Source: Patescibacteria group bacterium (GTDB lineage: Bacteria > Patescibacteriota > Microgenomatia > UBA1400 > UBA12028). Taken from it: 64,000 bases of DNA. The position numbers were made by a program, and so were the translations under genes. Below the pieces are notes generated by a model. The model saw only the letters and a program-made list of their open reading frames with translations. It did not search any database and was not told the origin of the DNA. Position 1 is the first letter of the stretch. Every line of letters starts with the position of its first letter. Location: positions 4,365 through 68,364 of the forward strand of contig DATIJC010000020.1 in assembly GCA_035479015.1 (NCBI GenBank), read 5' to 3'. This document shows positions 49,890 through 58,359 of the stretch, in pieces.

Positions 49890-52741
49890 ACCTTCTCTAC
49901 TTTGGGAGTGCCTCGAAGGAGCGTTCCCACATGAGCCCGGCGGCGAATCTCTTCCGTATACTCATCCGGCCACTCCGGTAGCCAAGCATTTACATGGTCT
50001 CCCACAGCTATCGATACATCAGCCTTGCGCATATCTTGGATTTGACGGACACACTCGCGCATTTTCCCTTCCGCTATCAATTGATCTGTCAGCGTAGTAT
50101 CTAGATCCACTTCTAGTAAACTTGCAGATTTTTGCAGCCAATCTATTTTTTTGACGTTCACTTCAACAGAAATAAGTTCCTGTAATTTCACATCAATAGC
50201 TGGGAACTCACTGACGACGTGAAGAATGGACAAGGGTTGGCGCACTTTGAGTGACTTGAGTTTACGGATAGACAGAGCCTTTTCCACAATTTGGGCGGTC
50301 AGTGCCATATCTGCTTCTAATTTCTCATCACGTAGTGCCAACAGATCAGAGACCTCTGGCCAGTCAGCCAAGTGCAATGACTCTCCACTCCCAGTGATAC
50401 CTTGATAAATCGTCTCACTAATAAACGGGATAAATGGTGCAAACAATTTGCATAGTAGTACTAGCGCACGCCTATATATCTCGCGGGCATCGCTACTTTC
50501 TTTCAAACGCTCACGCGATAACCGGACATACCAGGTGGAGAGAAGTGTAGTAAATTCCATGAGTGTTCTACTGGCGTTAGTGAGGTCATACCCATCCATA
50601 TAGATAGTCACCTCTTGGGTCAAGTTGGCGAGTTTTGACAGCAGCCAGCGATCCATTACATGTAGAGTTGATAGTTGATAGTTGACCGTTTGGATTTTAG
50701 ATTTTAGATTTTGGATTTTGGAGTCCTGTAAGTACATTGCGTAGAATCCATACATATTCCACAATGTGTTCACTACACGATTTTGGATTTCATGCACTCC
50801 TTTTTCGGAAAAATTCAAATTTTCACCCTTCATGAGAGGGCTACTCATCATGTAGAGGCGCAGTGAGTCTACTCCATACTTATCGATGAGTAAGTTTGGG
50901 TCGGGATAATTGTGCTTGCTCTTACTCATCTTTTGGCCGTCCTCAGCGAGGATTGTCCCGGTGGTCAAACAGTTTTCAAACGCTTGCGAGCCAAATATTC
51001 CCACAGATAAGACGTGCATACAGTAAAACCACGCACGTGTCTGAGCGATGTACTCGGTGATAAATTGCGCAGGATAGGAAGAATCAAATTGCGGTTTATT
51101 TTCAAAGGGGTAATGCATTTGGGCAAACGGCATGCTCCCGGATTCCACCCAACAGTCAAATACTTCAAAAACGCGTTTTCCTTTGATCGTCTTCTGGTCA
51201 TCCACCCAAACTTCTATTTCGTCCAAAAATTCCCGGTGTAGATCTGTCAGTTTTTCCACCTGTTTTGGATCTACCGCCCAGTGTTTCAATTCTTCGATGC
51301 TTCCTACAACCCGGCGCAAATTTCCGCTTTGCCAGATGGGCATCGGTGTTCCCCAGTATCTACTGCGTGAAATGTTCCAATCAGGTGCAGTCTCTAGTCC
51401 CTTGCCGAAGCGTCCGTACTTTAAATGCTCCGGGAACCAATTGATGTATTCGTTAGCTTTTATCATTTCAGGCCGCAACTTGGCAACGTCAATAAACCAC
51501 GCGGGTAGGGCATTAAAGTACAGTGGTGTTCCACAGCGGTAACAAAATGGATATGAGTGCGTGAAACGACTCGTGTGAAAAACAAGATCTCGTTGAGTTA
51601 AGTCCTCTACTACCCACTTCTCTGCTTTTTTATAGAAGACTCCCGCAAGTGGTTCCACAAATTCTAAAAATTTCCCCTGATCATCCAAGGTTGGTACACA
51701 AGGTAATTTTCTCTCCTGTGCAAGTTTATAGTCATCCTCACCAAAAATTGCAGCAGTATGAACGATACCGGATCCTTCCTCTAAGCTCACAAAGTCGGCA
51801 GTCATGACATAGTGTGCTTTTTTCCCATCAAGAGGCATGTAGGTGTATAGCGGTTCGTACTCCAATCCTTCCAACTCTTTCCCTTTCGCAGTTTTAAGTA
51901 CGGTTGGCTCCTTGATGCCAAGCAAGTGTGCCATCGCGCTTAAACGGTCTTTAGCCACCCAAAAACTCATGTCCTGGAATTCGAACAAAACATATTTTGC
52001 TTCAGGAAGTACTGCCAGAGCTACATTACCAGGAAGTGTCCAAGGAGTAGTTGTCCAAGCTACAAAATAGGTATTTTTTTCACCAACTACTTTAAACTTT
52101 ACAAAAAGTGAATAATCTTCAGTATCTTGATAGCTATTGTCCATAGCTATCTCAAAATTTGAGAGCGGTGTGGAGCAGCGCGGACAGTATAAAATTACTT
52201 TTCTACCTTGATATATCAAACCTTTTTTGTAGAGCTCGCTAAAACCCCACCAGACACTTTCCATGAAATTCTTATCCATGGTTTTATACGCTCTATCAAA
52301 ATCAACCCAACGTCCCAGGCGGCGGATAGTTTTCTTCCATTCTTTGTCATAAACCATGATAGATGCAGCACAGGCTTGGTTAAATTTATCGATTCCAAGT
52401 TCTTCGATTCCTTTTTTTCCACCTTTCAGACCCAGCTGCTTCTCAATCGCATTTTCGATCGGCACGCCGTGACAGTCCCATCCCCAAACACGTTCGACGT
52501 GCTTACCTCGCATCGTCTGGTAGCGTGGAATGACGTCTTTACTCGTAGAGCTGAGAAGATGGCCGTAATGAGGTAAACCGTTGGCAAAGGGTGGCCCGTC
52601 GTAAAAAACGTAGGTATCGTTTTTAGGACGGTTGTCGACCGATTTTTTAAATGCGTCCGTATCATCCCAGAACTGCAACACTTCTTCTTCAAGTTTGGCA
52701 AAGTTCGGACGACCTTGCGAAAATTTAGATAATTTTTTCAT
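49886..52741 (-). CDS. ileS: Isoleucyl-tRNA synthetase, type 2
   Basis: DGPPFANGLPHYGH, WTTTPWT, DWNISRSRYWG, KMSKS. C-terminus of IleRS2 type without a zinc finger. Ile T-box upstream. Confidence 0.97.
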   Translation of the reverse strand: MKKLSKFSQGRPNFAKLEEEVLQFWDDTDAFKKSVDNRPKNDTYVFYDGPPFANGLPHYGHLLSSTSKDVIPRYQTMRGKHVERVWGWDCHGVPIENAIEKQLGLKGGKKGIEELGIDKFNQACAASIMVYDKEWKKTIRRLGRWVDFDRAYKTMDKNFMESVWWGFSELYKKGLIYQGRKVILYCPRCSTPLSNFEIAMDNSYQDTEDYSLFVKFKVVGEKNTYFVAWTTTPWTLPGNVALAVLPEAKYVLFEFQDMSFWVAKDRLSAMAHLLGIKEPTVLKTAKGKELEGLEYEPLYTYMPLDGKKAHYVMTADFVSLEEGSGIVHTAAIFGEDDYKLAQERKLPCVPTLDDQGKFLEFVEPLAGVFYKKAEKWVVEDLTQRDLVFHTSRFTHSYPFCYRCGTPLYFNALPAWFIDVAKLRPEMIKANEYINWFPEHLKYGRFGKGLETAPDWNISRSRYWGTPMPIWQSGNLRRVVGSIEELKHWAVDPKQVEKLTDLHREFLDEIEVWVDDQKTIKGKRVFEVFDCWVESGSMPFAQMHYPFENKPQFDSSYPAQFITEYIAQTRAWFYCMHVLSVGIFGSQAFENCLTTGTILAEDGQKMSKSKHNYPDPNLLIDKYGVDSLRLYMMSSPLMKGENLNFSEKGVHEIQNRVVNTLWNMYGFYAMYLQDSKIQNLKSKIQTVNYQLSTLHVMDRWLLSKLANLTQEVTIYMDGYDLTNASRTLMEFTTLLSTWYVRLSRERLKESSDAREIYRRALVLLCKLFAPFIPFISETIYQGITGSGESLHLADWPEVSDLLALRDEKLEADMALTAQIVEKALSIRKLKSLKVRQPLSILHVVSEFPAIDVKLQELISVEVNVKKIDWLQKSASLLEVDLDTTLTDQLIAEGKMRECVRQIQDMRKADVSIAVGDHVNAWLPEWPDEYTEEIRRRAHVGTLLRGTPKVEKV
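50665..50720. repeat. 7-nt-period tandem tract inside ileS (8 units)
   Basis: GAGTTGA TAGTTGA TAGTTGA CCGTTTG GATTTTA GATTTTA GATTTTG GATTTTG, encoding SKIQNLKSKIQTVNYQLSTL. Confidence 0.9.
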
Positions 52742-52745
52742 AATT

Positions 52746-53101
52746 TGTCCCCGCGTAGGCGGGGATCCACGTATTGATAGTTAGAATAAACTTAAATCTA
52801 TCCACTTAGGATTCATTTCCCAGATTCTTCTCAATTTCCATGCTCTATTCCATTTTTTCATTTGTTTTTCTTTAATCCTTGCTTCTCTTAAACTCCCGGT
52901 TTGTTCAAACCATACTAAAATATGAGTTTCATACTTTTTAGTAAAATTAGAGTTGTTATGCTTATGCTGATATATTCTTCTGTTCAAATCCTTTGTACTA
53001 CCAATATAGAGCGTTCCACATTTTTTATTTGCGAGCATGTAAACATATCCATATTCTTTTTCATCAACCATACTGGACCCCCGCCTTCGCGGGGGTGGAC
53101 A
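52746..53101. mobile_element. Putative REP-bounded GIY-YIG cassette
   Basis: Inverted family-A arms TGTCCCCGCGTAGGCGGGGATCCA (52746-52769) and CTGGACCCCCGCCTTCGCGGGGGTGGACA (53073-53101) enclose one AT-rich nuclease gene. Mobility is inferred. Confidence 0.65.
52781..53071 (-). CDS. Stand-alone GIY-YIG nuclease (96 aa)
   Basis: GYVYML...TLYIGST.DL.RR..QH, FTKKY, A...EKQMKKWNRAWK...NPKWIDL. Start moved to ATG 53071. Confidence 0.93.
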   Translation of the reverse strand: MVDEKEYGYVYMLANKKCGTLYIGSTKDLNRRIYQHKHNNSNFTKKYETHILVWFEQTGSLREARIKEKQMKKWNRAWKLRRIWEMNPKWIDLSLF

Positions 53102-53102
53102 T

Positions 53103-53251
53103 AAAAAAACCACGCTACATGTCCATTGTAAAGGACGCTGGCGCGTGGTACCACCTTTAATACTTCTCGTACTGCTGTGTCGGGCTTACCCGGAGGGATT
53201 TACTTAGTTTCTCCCCTCATGCTCATCTAGTGATAGCTAGACTCAAACGCA
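53103..53251 (-). promoter_or_regulatory. Ile T-box riboswitch with ultrashort Stem I and intrinsic terminator
   Basis: Minus strand: Stem I TGC-GTTT-GA-GTCTAG-CTATCA-CTAGAT-GA-GCA (AUC specifier), Stem II with GAA/AGTA, CGGG-TAAG-CCCG, antiterminator AAAGG-TGGTACC-ACGC-GCCA-GCGT-CCTTT, terminator CCACGC/GCGTGG plus T7. TATAAT at 53262-53267. Confidence 0.92.
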
Positions 53252-53270
53252 ACTAGAACTAATTATACAC

Positions 53271-53618
53271 CTATTCCCGTACTCTGATCGACCCCGCAAG
53301 TAAAACTATTTCTTTGAAAACATCGCCAATTCTAAATGGGTTTTCGATGCCTGCAATGTTTGAATTAAACTGTGTAGTATCAAACTCTCCTTTTCGCGTG
53401 AGTACTATCTGGTAACCGCCCAATCTTCCGAGATGATGCACGTAATTTATCAGAATACCTTCGTTAGGGCGAAGATCTACGACCAGTTTTCCGCTCGGTC
53501 CAATTTTCAATTCATATCTGCCATTGACCAACTTCCATGAGGAATCACTGCTGGGCCTACGTTTTGCTTCAAAACCACTCATTATTTGGGTAACCGACTC
53601 AGGATCAATCATTTCCAT
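53271..53618 (-). CDS. Hypothetical protein, paralog of 53605-53967
   Basis: Start at ATG 53618 (MEMIDPES). Aligns with the neighbouring ORF. Confidence 0.7.
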   Translation of the reverse strand: MEMIDPESVTQIMSGFEAKRRPSSDSSWKLVNGRYELKIGPSGKLVVDLRPNEGILINYVHHLGRLGGYQIVLTRKGEFDTTQFNSNIAGIENPFRIGDVFKEIVLLAGSIRVRE

Positions 53619-53967
53619 AGTCTTGATCACTTCCCAACGATAGAGCAAGCACAGCAATCCATTGAACTAATTCCTTAATAGACATTGCATGATATTCATT
53701 CATTTGTCGAGAATAATCATCAATACTGAGAATTTGTCCAAATGTATCGATTACAAACGAAACAGTGCACGGATTACCGAGCATGGCAAAATATTGCACG
53801 CGTATTCCAGTGAATGGCATCTCAGTAACGATAATTTTAGAGGTACCATTTGAACCCTTTTCATATGTATCACCCACTCTAACCCATCCAATAGAGTCAG
53901 CTTTTTCGCCTCTTCTTAAGCCGCTGATTATTTTTCCTACGTTGGCCTCGTTTAATATTTCCTTCAT
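53605..53967 (-). CDS. Hypothetical protein directly after ftsZ
   Basis: ATG 53967 is 1 nt after the ftsZ stop. Aligns with the downstream ORF. Confidence 0.7.
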   Translation of the reverse strand: MKEILNEANVGKIISGLRRGEKADSIGWVRVGDTYEKGSNGTSKIIVTEMPFTGIRVQYFAMLGNPCTVSFVIDTFGQILSIDDYSRQMNEYHAMSIKELVQWIAVLALSLGSDQDYGND

Positions 53968-53968
53968 A

Positions 53969-55207
53969 TTATTTGTTCCGTAAGAATGCTGGGATGTCAA
54001 ACTCGTCATCCAGATCATCAGATTTGGGTTTTGGAGCTTGTGGTTGCTCGTGTATTGGCGCAGGTTGAATAGGAGTGAATCCGCTGCTCACAGGTTGCTG
54101 GGCCGATGAATACACGGGAATAGAAGACATCGGACTTTGTTGGGTTCTGGGGGGTAGGTTTTGGGTAGTGGGTTGCAGATTAGAAGCAGCAGGAGACTCA
54201 CCGTACGCTCCAAAGTTGCGGCGCATGAAACCGCTTGCATACTTTAATCTGTTTTCATCAAAGCCAGTAGCAATGACAGAGATTTTAAGATTTGATCCCA
54301 TTTTCTCATCGATCGTCGCACCAAAAATAATGTTCGCATCGGGATCAGCCGCTTGCGTGATCACTTGCGATGCTTCAGCAATCTCGGGCAGTGTAATATC
54401 TCCACCGCCAGTAATGATGTATAGGATACCCTTCGCCCCTTCTATGGACACCTCTAAGAGAGGTGAAGAAATTGCGCCACGTGCTGCAGTCGTAGCACGG
54501 TTTTCGCCACTGGCTTGCCCAATTCCCATCAGGGCAGTACCGCTGTCAGCCATAATCGTCTTTACATCCGCGAAGTCGACGTTTACCAAGCCTGGTACTG
54601 TTATGAGGTCAGAGATTCCCTGCACACCTTGTCCAAGTACGTTATCAGCTAGATGAAACGCATCAAGCAATGTCATTTTTCGATCAACCACGTCCAACAA
54701 TTTTTGATTGGGGATCACGATGAGCGTGTCCACTTTTTCTTTAAGGTTCTCGATGCCTTCTTCCGCTACGCGTCCGCGGCGCATTCCCTCAAAGCCAAAT
54801 GGCTTTGTCACGACGGCTACTGTCAGCGCACCTGATTCTTTGGCCACTTCCGCGATGATTGGTGATGCTCCAGTTCCCGTTCCACCTCCCATACCGGCGG
54901 TGATGAACACCATGTCGGTGTCATATAAGAGCTCTTTGATTTTTTCACGCGATTCCTCTGCGGCTTCATGACCCACATCAGGATCTGCACCACTTCCTAA
55001 GCCTCTCGTAAAATTATTTCCAATTTGTAGTTTTGTCTGTGCTTTATTATTCAAAAGTGCTTGAACATCTGTATTGATCGCCACAAACTCAACTCCTTGG
55101 ATCAATTCTGACTCAATCATTGAGTTGATGGCATTGCCACCACCACCGCCGATACCTAAGACTTTTATTTTTGCGAATGTATTATTAGTTGGTTTAACGA
55201 GTGCCAT
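53969..55207 (-). CDS. ftsZ: Cell division protein FtsZ
   Basis: [25 protein letters not shown]-terminal DIPAFLR. Start moved to ATG 55207. Confidence 0.99.
   Translation of the reverse strand: MALVKPTNNTFAKIKVLGIGGGGGNAINSMIESELIQGVEFVAINTDVQALLNNKAQTKLQIGNNFTRGLGSGADPDVGHEAAEESREKIKELLYDTDMVFITAGMGGGTGTGASPIIAEVAKESGALTVAVVTKPFGFEGMRRGRVAEEGIENLKEKVDTLIVIPNQKLLDVVDRKMTLLDAFHLADNVLGQGVQGISDLITVPGLVNVDFADVKTIMADSGTALMGIGQASGENRATTAARGAISSPLLEVSIEGAKGILYIITGGGDITLPEIAEASQVITQAADPDANIIFGATIDEKMGSNLKISVIATGFDENRLKYASGFMRRNFGAYGESPAASNLQPTTQNLPPRTQQSPMSSIPVYSSAQQPVSSGFTPIQPAPIHEQPQAPKPKSDDLDDEFDIPAFLRNK
54141..54182. repeat. 7-nt-period tract in the FtsZ linker
   Basis: TGGGTTC TGGGGGG TAGGTTT TGGGTAG TGGGTTG CAGATTA, encoding [14 protein letters not shown]. 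Confidence 0.7.
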
Positions 55208-55315
55208 AGGGATATATGAATACAATCAGTATACGAAATTCGCGTTTTTCCGAATGTATACCAAATTCGGCCTCATCATAAATGCGCTAAAATTTAATTG
55301 CAAGAGGAGAAAAAA

Positions 55316-55891
55316 TTATTTACTCTTTCCACCATGAACTCGAACACTGCCAGTAGGAGGTATGTTTACACCACGCAGACCAATTTGTTCCGATAGAGGA
55401 AAGAAACCACTTACTGTTTCTGTACCATCACCTATTGGAATGGTAATCTCTGCCCCCTCAGGCATGCGATTGTCTCCAAACACAAGAGAGTCTACGGGAA
55501 TCCCCTCATTTCGTAGTGCCGGCGCAGATGTATATTGAGGATTATTCCCTGTCAACATATCTTGACGGGACTTGAAATACACAAGATTTTCTCTACTTAC
55601 CAAAGCAACTAGGTGATGAGACTCCAAATATTCGCGTGATAATGAATGTGAAGTGTCAATAAATTCAGGCCGAGAACCTTGTTCTTGCTCTGTTGTTTGT
55701 TTCGCGCTTGCCGTCATCTCACCTCTCTGGCCTCCTAGATTCAATGCCGTTGTCGCGCCCAGAAGGATAGTGCTACCTACTAAGCCCAATCGAGTCAACA
55801 ATGGAAGCTTACTATTCTTTTTCTTTTTATCTTTTAGAAGATCAAGCTCTTCAGGATCACCTTCTTTGTAAAAAATCTTGTCGCGGTCCAT
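55316..55891 (-). CDS. Hypothetical membrane-anchored protein between ftsA and ftsZ
   Basis: Charged N-tail and one hydrophobic helix. AGGAG upstream. Confidence 0.75.
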   Translation of the reverse strand: MDRDKIFYKEGDPEELDLLKDKKKKNSKLPLLTRLGLVGSTILLGATTALNLGGQRGEMTASAKQTTEQEQGSRPEFIDTSHSLSREYLESHHLVALVSRENLVYFKSRQDMLTGNNPQYTSAPALRNEGIPVDSLVFGDNRMPEGAEITIPIGDGTETVSGFFPLSEQIGLRGVNIPPTGSVRVHGGKSK

Positions 55892-55893
55892 AT

Positions 55894-56385
55894 TTAACTC
55901 CTATTGGATGATTCGAGCATTCCGGTCATAGTAATCCCTGCGGTAAGTATCCCATCTTGACTCAACAGAATCGCTCCACCATCAGCATCATGCGGGATAC
56001 GCATGTACACCCCGCCCTGATAGTCAAATATATTGTCACTATCTGCTACGACAAAGAAGTGCGTCCCAGCAGCAAGAGTTTTACCAGAGTCATACCTGCC
56101 TACATACGACGACGGTAAATGGTATATAGGAATATCTGCAGTAAACTCCAATTTAAATAACTTGGGCCTTTCTGATGTGTCGACACCAAATTGCGCTGCT
56201 ACGTCAAATATAGCAGTATCCACTACCGGGGTGGGGGCATATGGAGATTCGACAAATGGAACATCTGGCGATGGGGTTTGTTCCTGTGCTTGAGCAGGTA
56301 GAGCTGACAATCCAAACAGAATAGCAATTTCAGCAACAGATAATTTCAAAAACTGTCTGCGATCGATTTCGGGCGACTTATTCAT
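55894..56385 (-). CDS. Hypothetical exported protein with twin-arginine-like signal
   Basis: ATG 56385 is 4 nt after the ftsA stop. MNKSPEIDRRQFLKLSVAEIAILFGLSALPAQA. Confidence 0.75.
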   Translation of the reverse strand: MNKSPEIDRRQFLKLSVAEIAILFGLSALPAQAQEQTPSPDVPFVESPYAPTPVVDTAIFDVAAQFGVDTSERPKLFKLEFTADIPIYHLPSSYVGRYDSGKTLAAGTHFFVVADSDNIFDYQGGVYMRIPHDADGGAILLSQDGILTAGITMTGMLESSNRS

Positions 56386-56389
56386 ATTT

Positions 56390-57694
56390 TTATGGGAGCA
56401 GTGATTTAAACAGACTAATAATCTTTTCCGGAAGCTTGCTGAAATTTTTTGGCAGTAGCGATGCAACCGAGAAACCAGAGCCATTGGCGCGAACTTCTTC
56501 TCCCCCGTTCTTAGCTCCATAGAGGATCAAACCCATTGCTGTGGTAAAGATCGGCGACTCTACATCTTCTATAAGTCCACGCACTCCTGTGGGTACGCCT
56601 ACTCTCGTAGACAGTGAAAGCGTGCGTTTGCAAACATCGGTCATGCCTACTGTCAGCGCACCACCGCCAGAAAGTACAATGCCCGCTGGAATCAATGGGA
56701 ACAATTTTTCCTTCTCCAATTCTTTACCTACAAGTTCAAACATCTCTTTCATACGCGGCACCATGATGTTTTCTACTACCATCTTGCGTGACAGGGTATC
56801 TCCCTCATCTATTCCTAGACGCTTCAAATCCATTTCGTCTTCACGCTTTAATCGCTCCCGGCGCTGCTCGCGCGTTTCTCCAGAAGGTGCATCCGATTCG
56901 GGTGGCATATCGGCCAATGCTAGTTTGATTTTTTCCGCTGCTGCTAGACTTAGGTGCGTGCCAAGCGCAATGTCTTGGGTGACATGCCGCGCGCCTATCG
57001 GTAGCACTGCTGAATATGTCAGCGCACCTTCGACATAGATCGCCATAGATGTCGAGCCTGCACCAATGTCCAGTAACACCACACCCAGCTCTTTCTCTGT
57101 CTCTGACAATACAGCAAGCGATGATGCAAGTCCGGCAAATACAAATCCGGAGACAGTTATCCCTACCTCACTCAAACATTTTGTTAAGTTGCGCAGAGCC
57201 GTAGCAGAGCCAGAGATAATATGCGCTTCAGCTTCTAGGCGGATACCGCTCATGCCTACTGGATCTTTGATGCCACTTTGGCCATCCACTTGAAACTCCC
57301 GCGGTATGACGTGAATAATTTCACGTGCCGAGGGAAGTGATATTGCGCGGGCAGCCTCGATCACGCGGTCAATATCAGTAGCCGTGATTTCACCATCTGG
57401 GCTGGCTACAGCTACTACTCCCTTAGAATTTTGTGAACTAATATGTGTCCCAGACACAGAGACGTATGCGCTGGAGACACCAAATCCTGCCATGCGCTCC
57501 GCACCATCTAATGATTGAATGATGGCCTCAATAGCCTCTTCCAAATCGACGATTTGACTCTTTTTGATGCCTTTGCTGGCAATTGAAGAAATACCTAAAA
57601 TCTGCAGAGCCCCCTCAGGGGATTGTCCCGCAATTACCGTACACACTTTTTCCGTTCCTATATCGATCGCAGTGATCACTTTAGTTTTTGCCAT
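56390..57694 (-). CDS. ftsA: Cell division protein FtsA
   Basis: IDIGTEKV, DPVGMSG.RLE, LDIGAGST, LSGGGA, amphipathic C-terminal helix. Confidence 0.98.
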   Translation of the reverse strand: MAKTKVITAIDIGTEKVCTVIAGQSPEGALQILGISSIASKGIKKSQIVDLEEAIEAIIQSLDGAERMAGFGVSSAYVSVSGTHISSQNSKGVVAVASPDGEITATDIDRVIEAARAISLPSAREIIHVIPREFQVDGQSGIKDPVGMSGIRLEAEAHIISGSATALRNLTKCLSEVGITVSGFVFAGLASSLAVLSETEKELGVVLLDIGAGSTSMAIYVEGALTYSAVLPIGARHVTQDIALGTHLSLAAAEKIKLALADMPPESDAPSGETREQRRERLKREDEMDLKRLGIDEGDTLSRKMVVENIMVPRMKEMFELVGKELEKEKLFPLIPAGIVLSGGGALTVGMTDVCKRTLSLSTRVGVPTGVRGLIEDVESPIFTTAMGLILYGAKNGGEEVRANGSGFSVASLLPKNFSKLPEKIISLFKSLLP

Positions 57695-57710
57695 ACACCT
57701 TTAACCCACT

Positions 57711-58355
57711 CTACTGTTTCAGTACCGGATTTGCAAACCGCAAATCAATGACCGTAAATCTATTCTCTATTGTAGAGTTACTCAAGATCGATTGTAAAGA
57801 CTCTAGTTCTTTTCCAAAATCTTGTGTATCGACAACGGCTTTCCTTCCGTCTCTGCTAAAAATAGTGATTTCCGTATCATCTTTCACTTCAATCCGCAGG
57901 ATCATATCCCGCAGACCAGGAGATATGTTACTCAGTGAGCGGTACATAGATATGACGGGAGAGCTCACCCTATCTCCCGGGTGAAGCGGCGCAAACCGCT
58001 GATCTATCACTTCAATTTTGAGTTGGGGTGGCGCTTCCACTACTAACCCTGCATCACCTATTTGGCGATACTCCCCGTTTGGCGCAACCCGTACCGAATA
58101 CAACACACTGGGATTTTCAATCTTTACCCAAATCGTTTGTGGATATTGTTTTTCAATATGCACGATATATGGAGTTAGACTGATTTTCACGGATCCAAGT
58201 ATTGTGCGCCGCTGCAGTCCTTCCAGCTTGCGTAACTGTTCTTGTGTGCATGTAGTCTGTTCAAATGTGCAATTGATGTGACGTATTTTGAATTGAGAAG
58301 TGATCAACAGAACTAATAGTATGCAAAAGACAACGGGGATTAAAACTCTATACAT
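57711..58355 (-). CDS. Divergent FtsQ/DivIB-like protein
   Basis: N-terminal TM, IEKQYPQTI, C-terminal IDLRFANPV. Lies between murG and ftsA. Confidence 0.75.
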   Translation of the reverse strand: MYRVLIPVVFCILLVLLITSQFKIRHINCTFEQTTCTQEQLRKLEGLQRRTILGSVKISLTPYIVHIEKQYPQTIWVKIENPSVLYSVRVAPNGEYRQIGDAGLVVEAPPQLKIEVIDQRFAPLHPGDRVSSPVISMYRSLSNISPGLRDMILRIEVKDDTEITIFSRDGRKAVVDTQDFGKELESLQSILSNSTIENRFTVIDLRFANPVLKQ

Positions 58356-58359
58356 GGGG

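Noticed and set aside
53072-53113. N-terminal extension MVFLCPPPRRRGSS of the GIY-YIG ORF, and MKRIIKCRGYF of lemA
   Set aside because: These are read-throughs of terminator or REP sequence. Downstream ATGs match the expected family starts.
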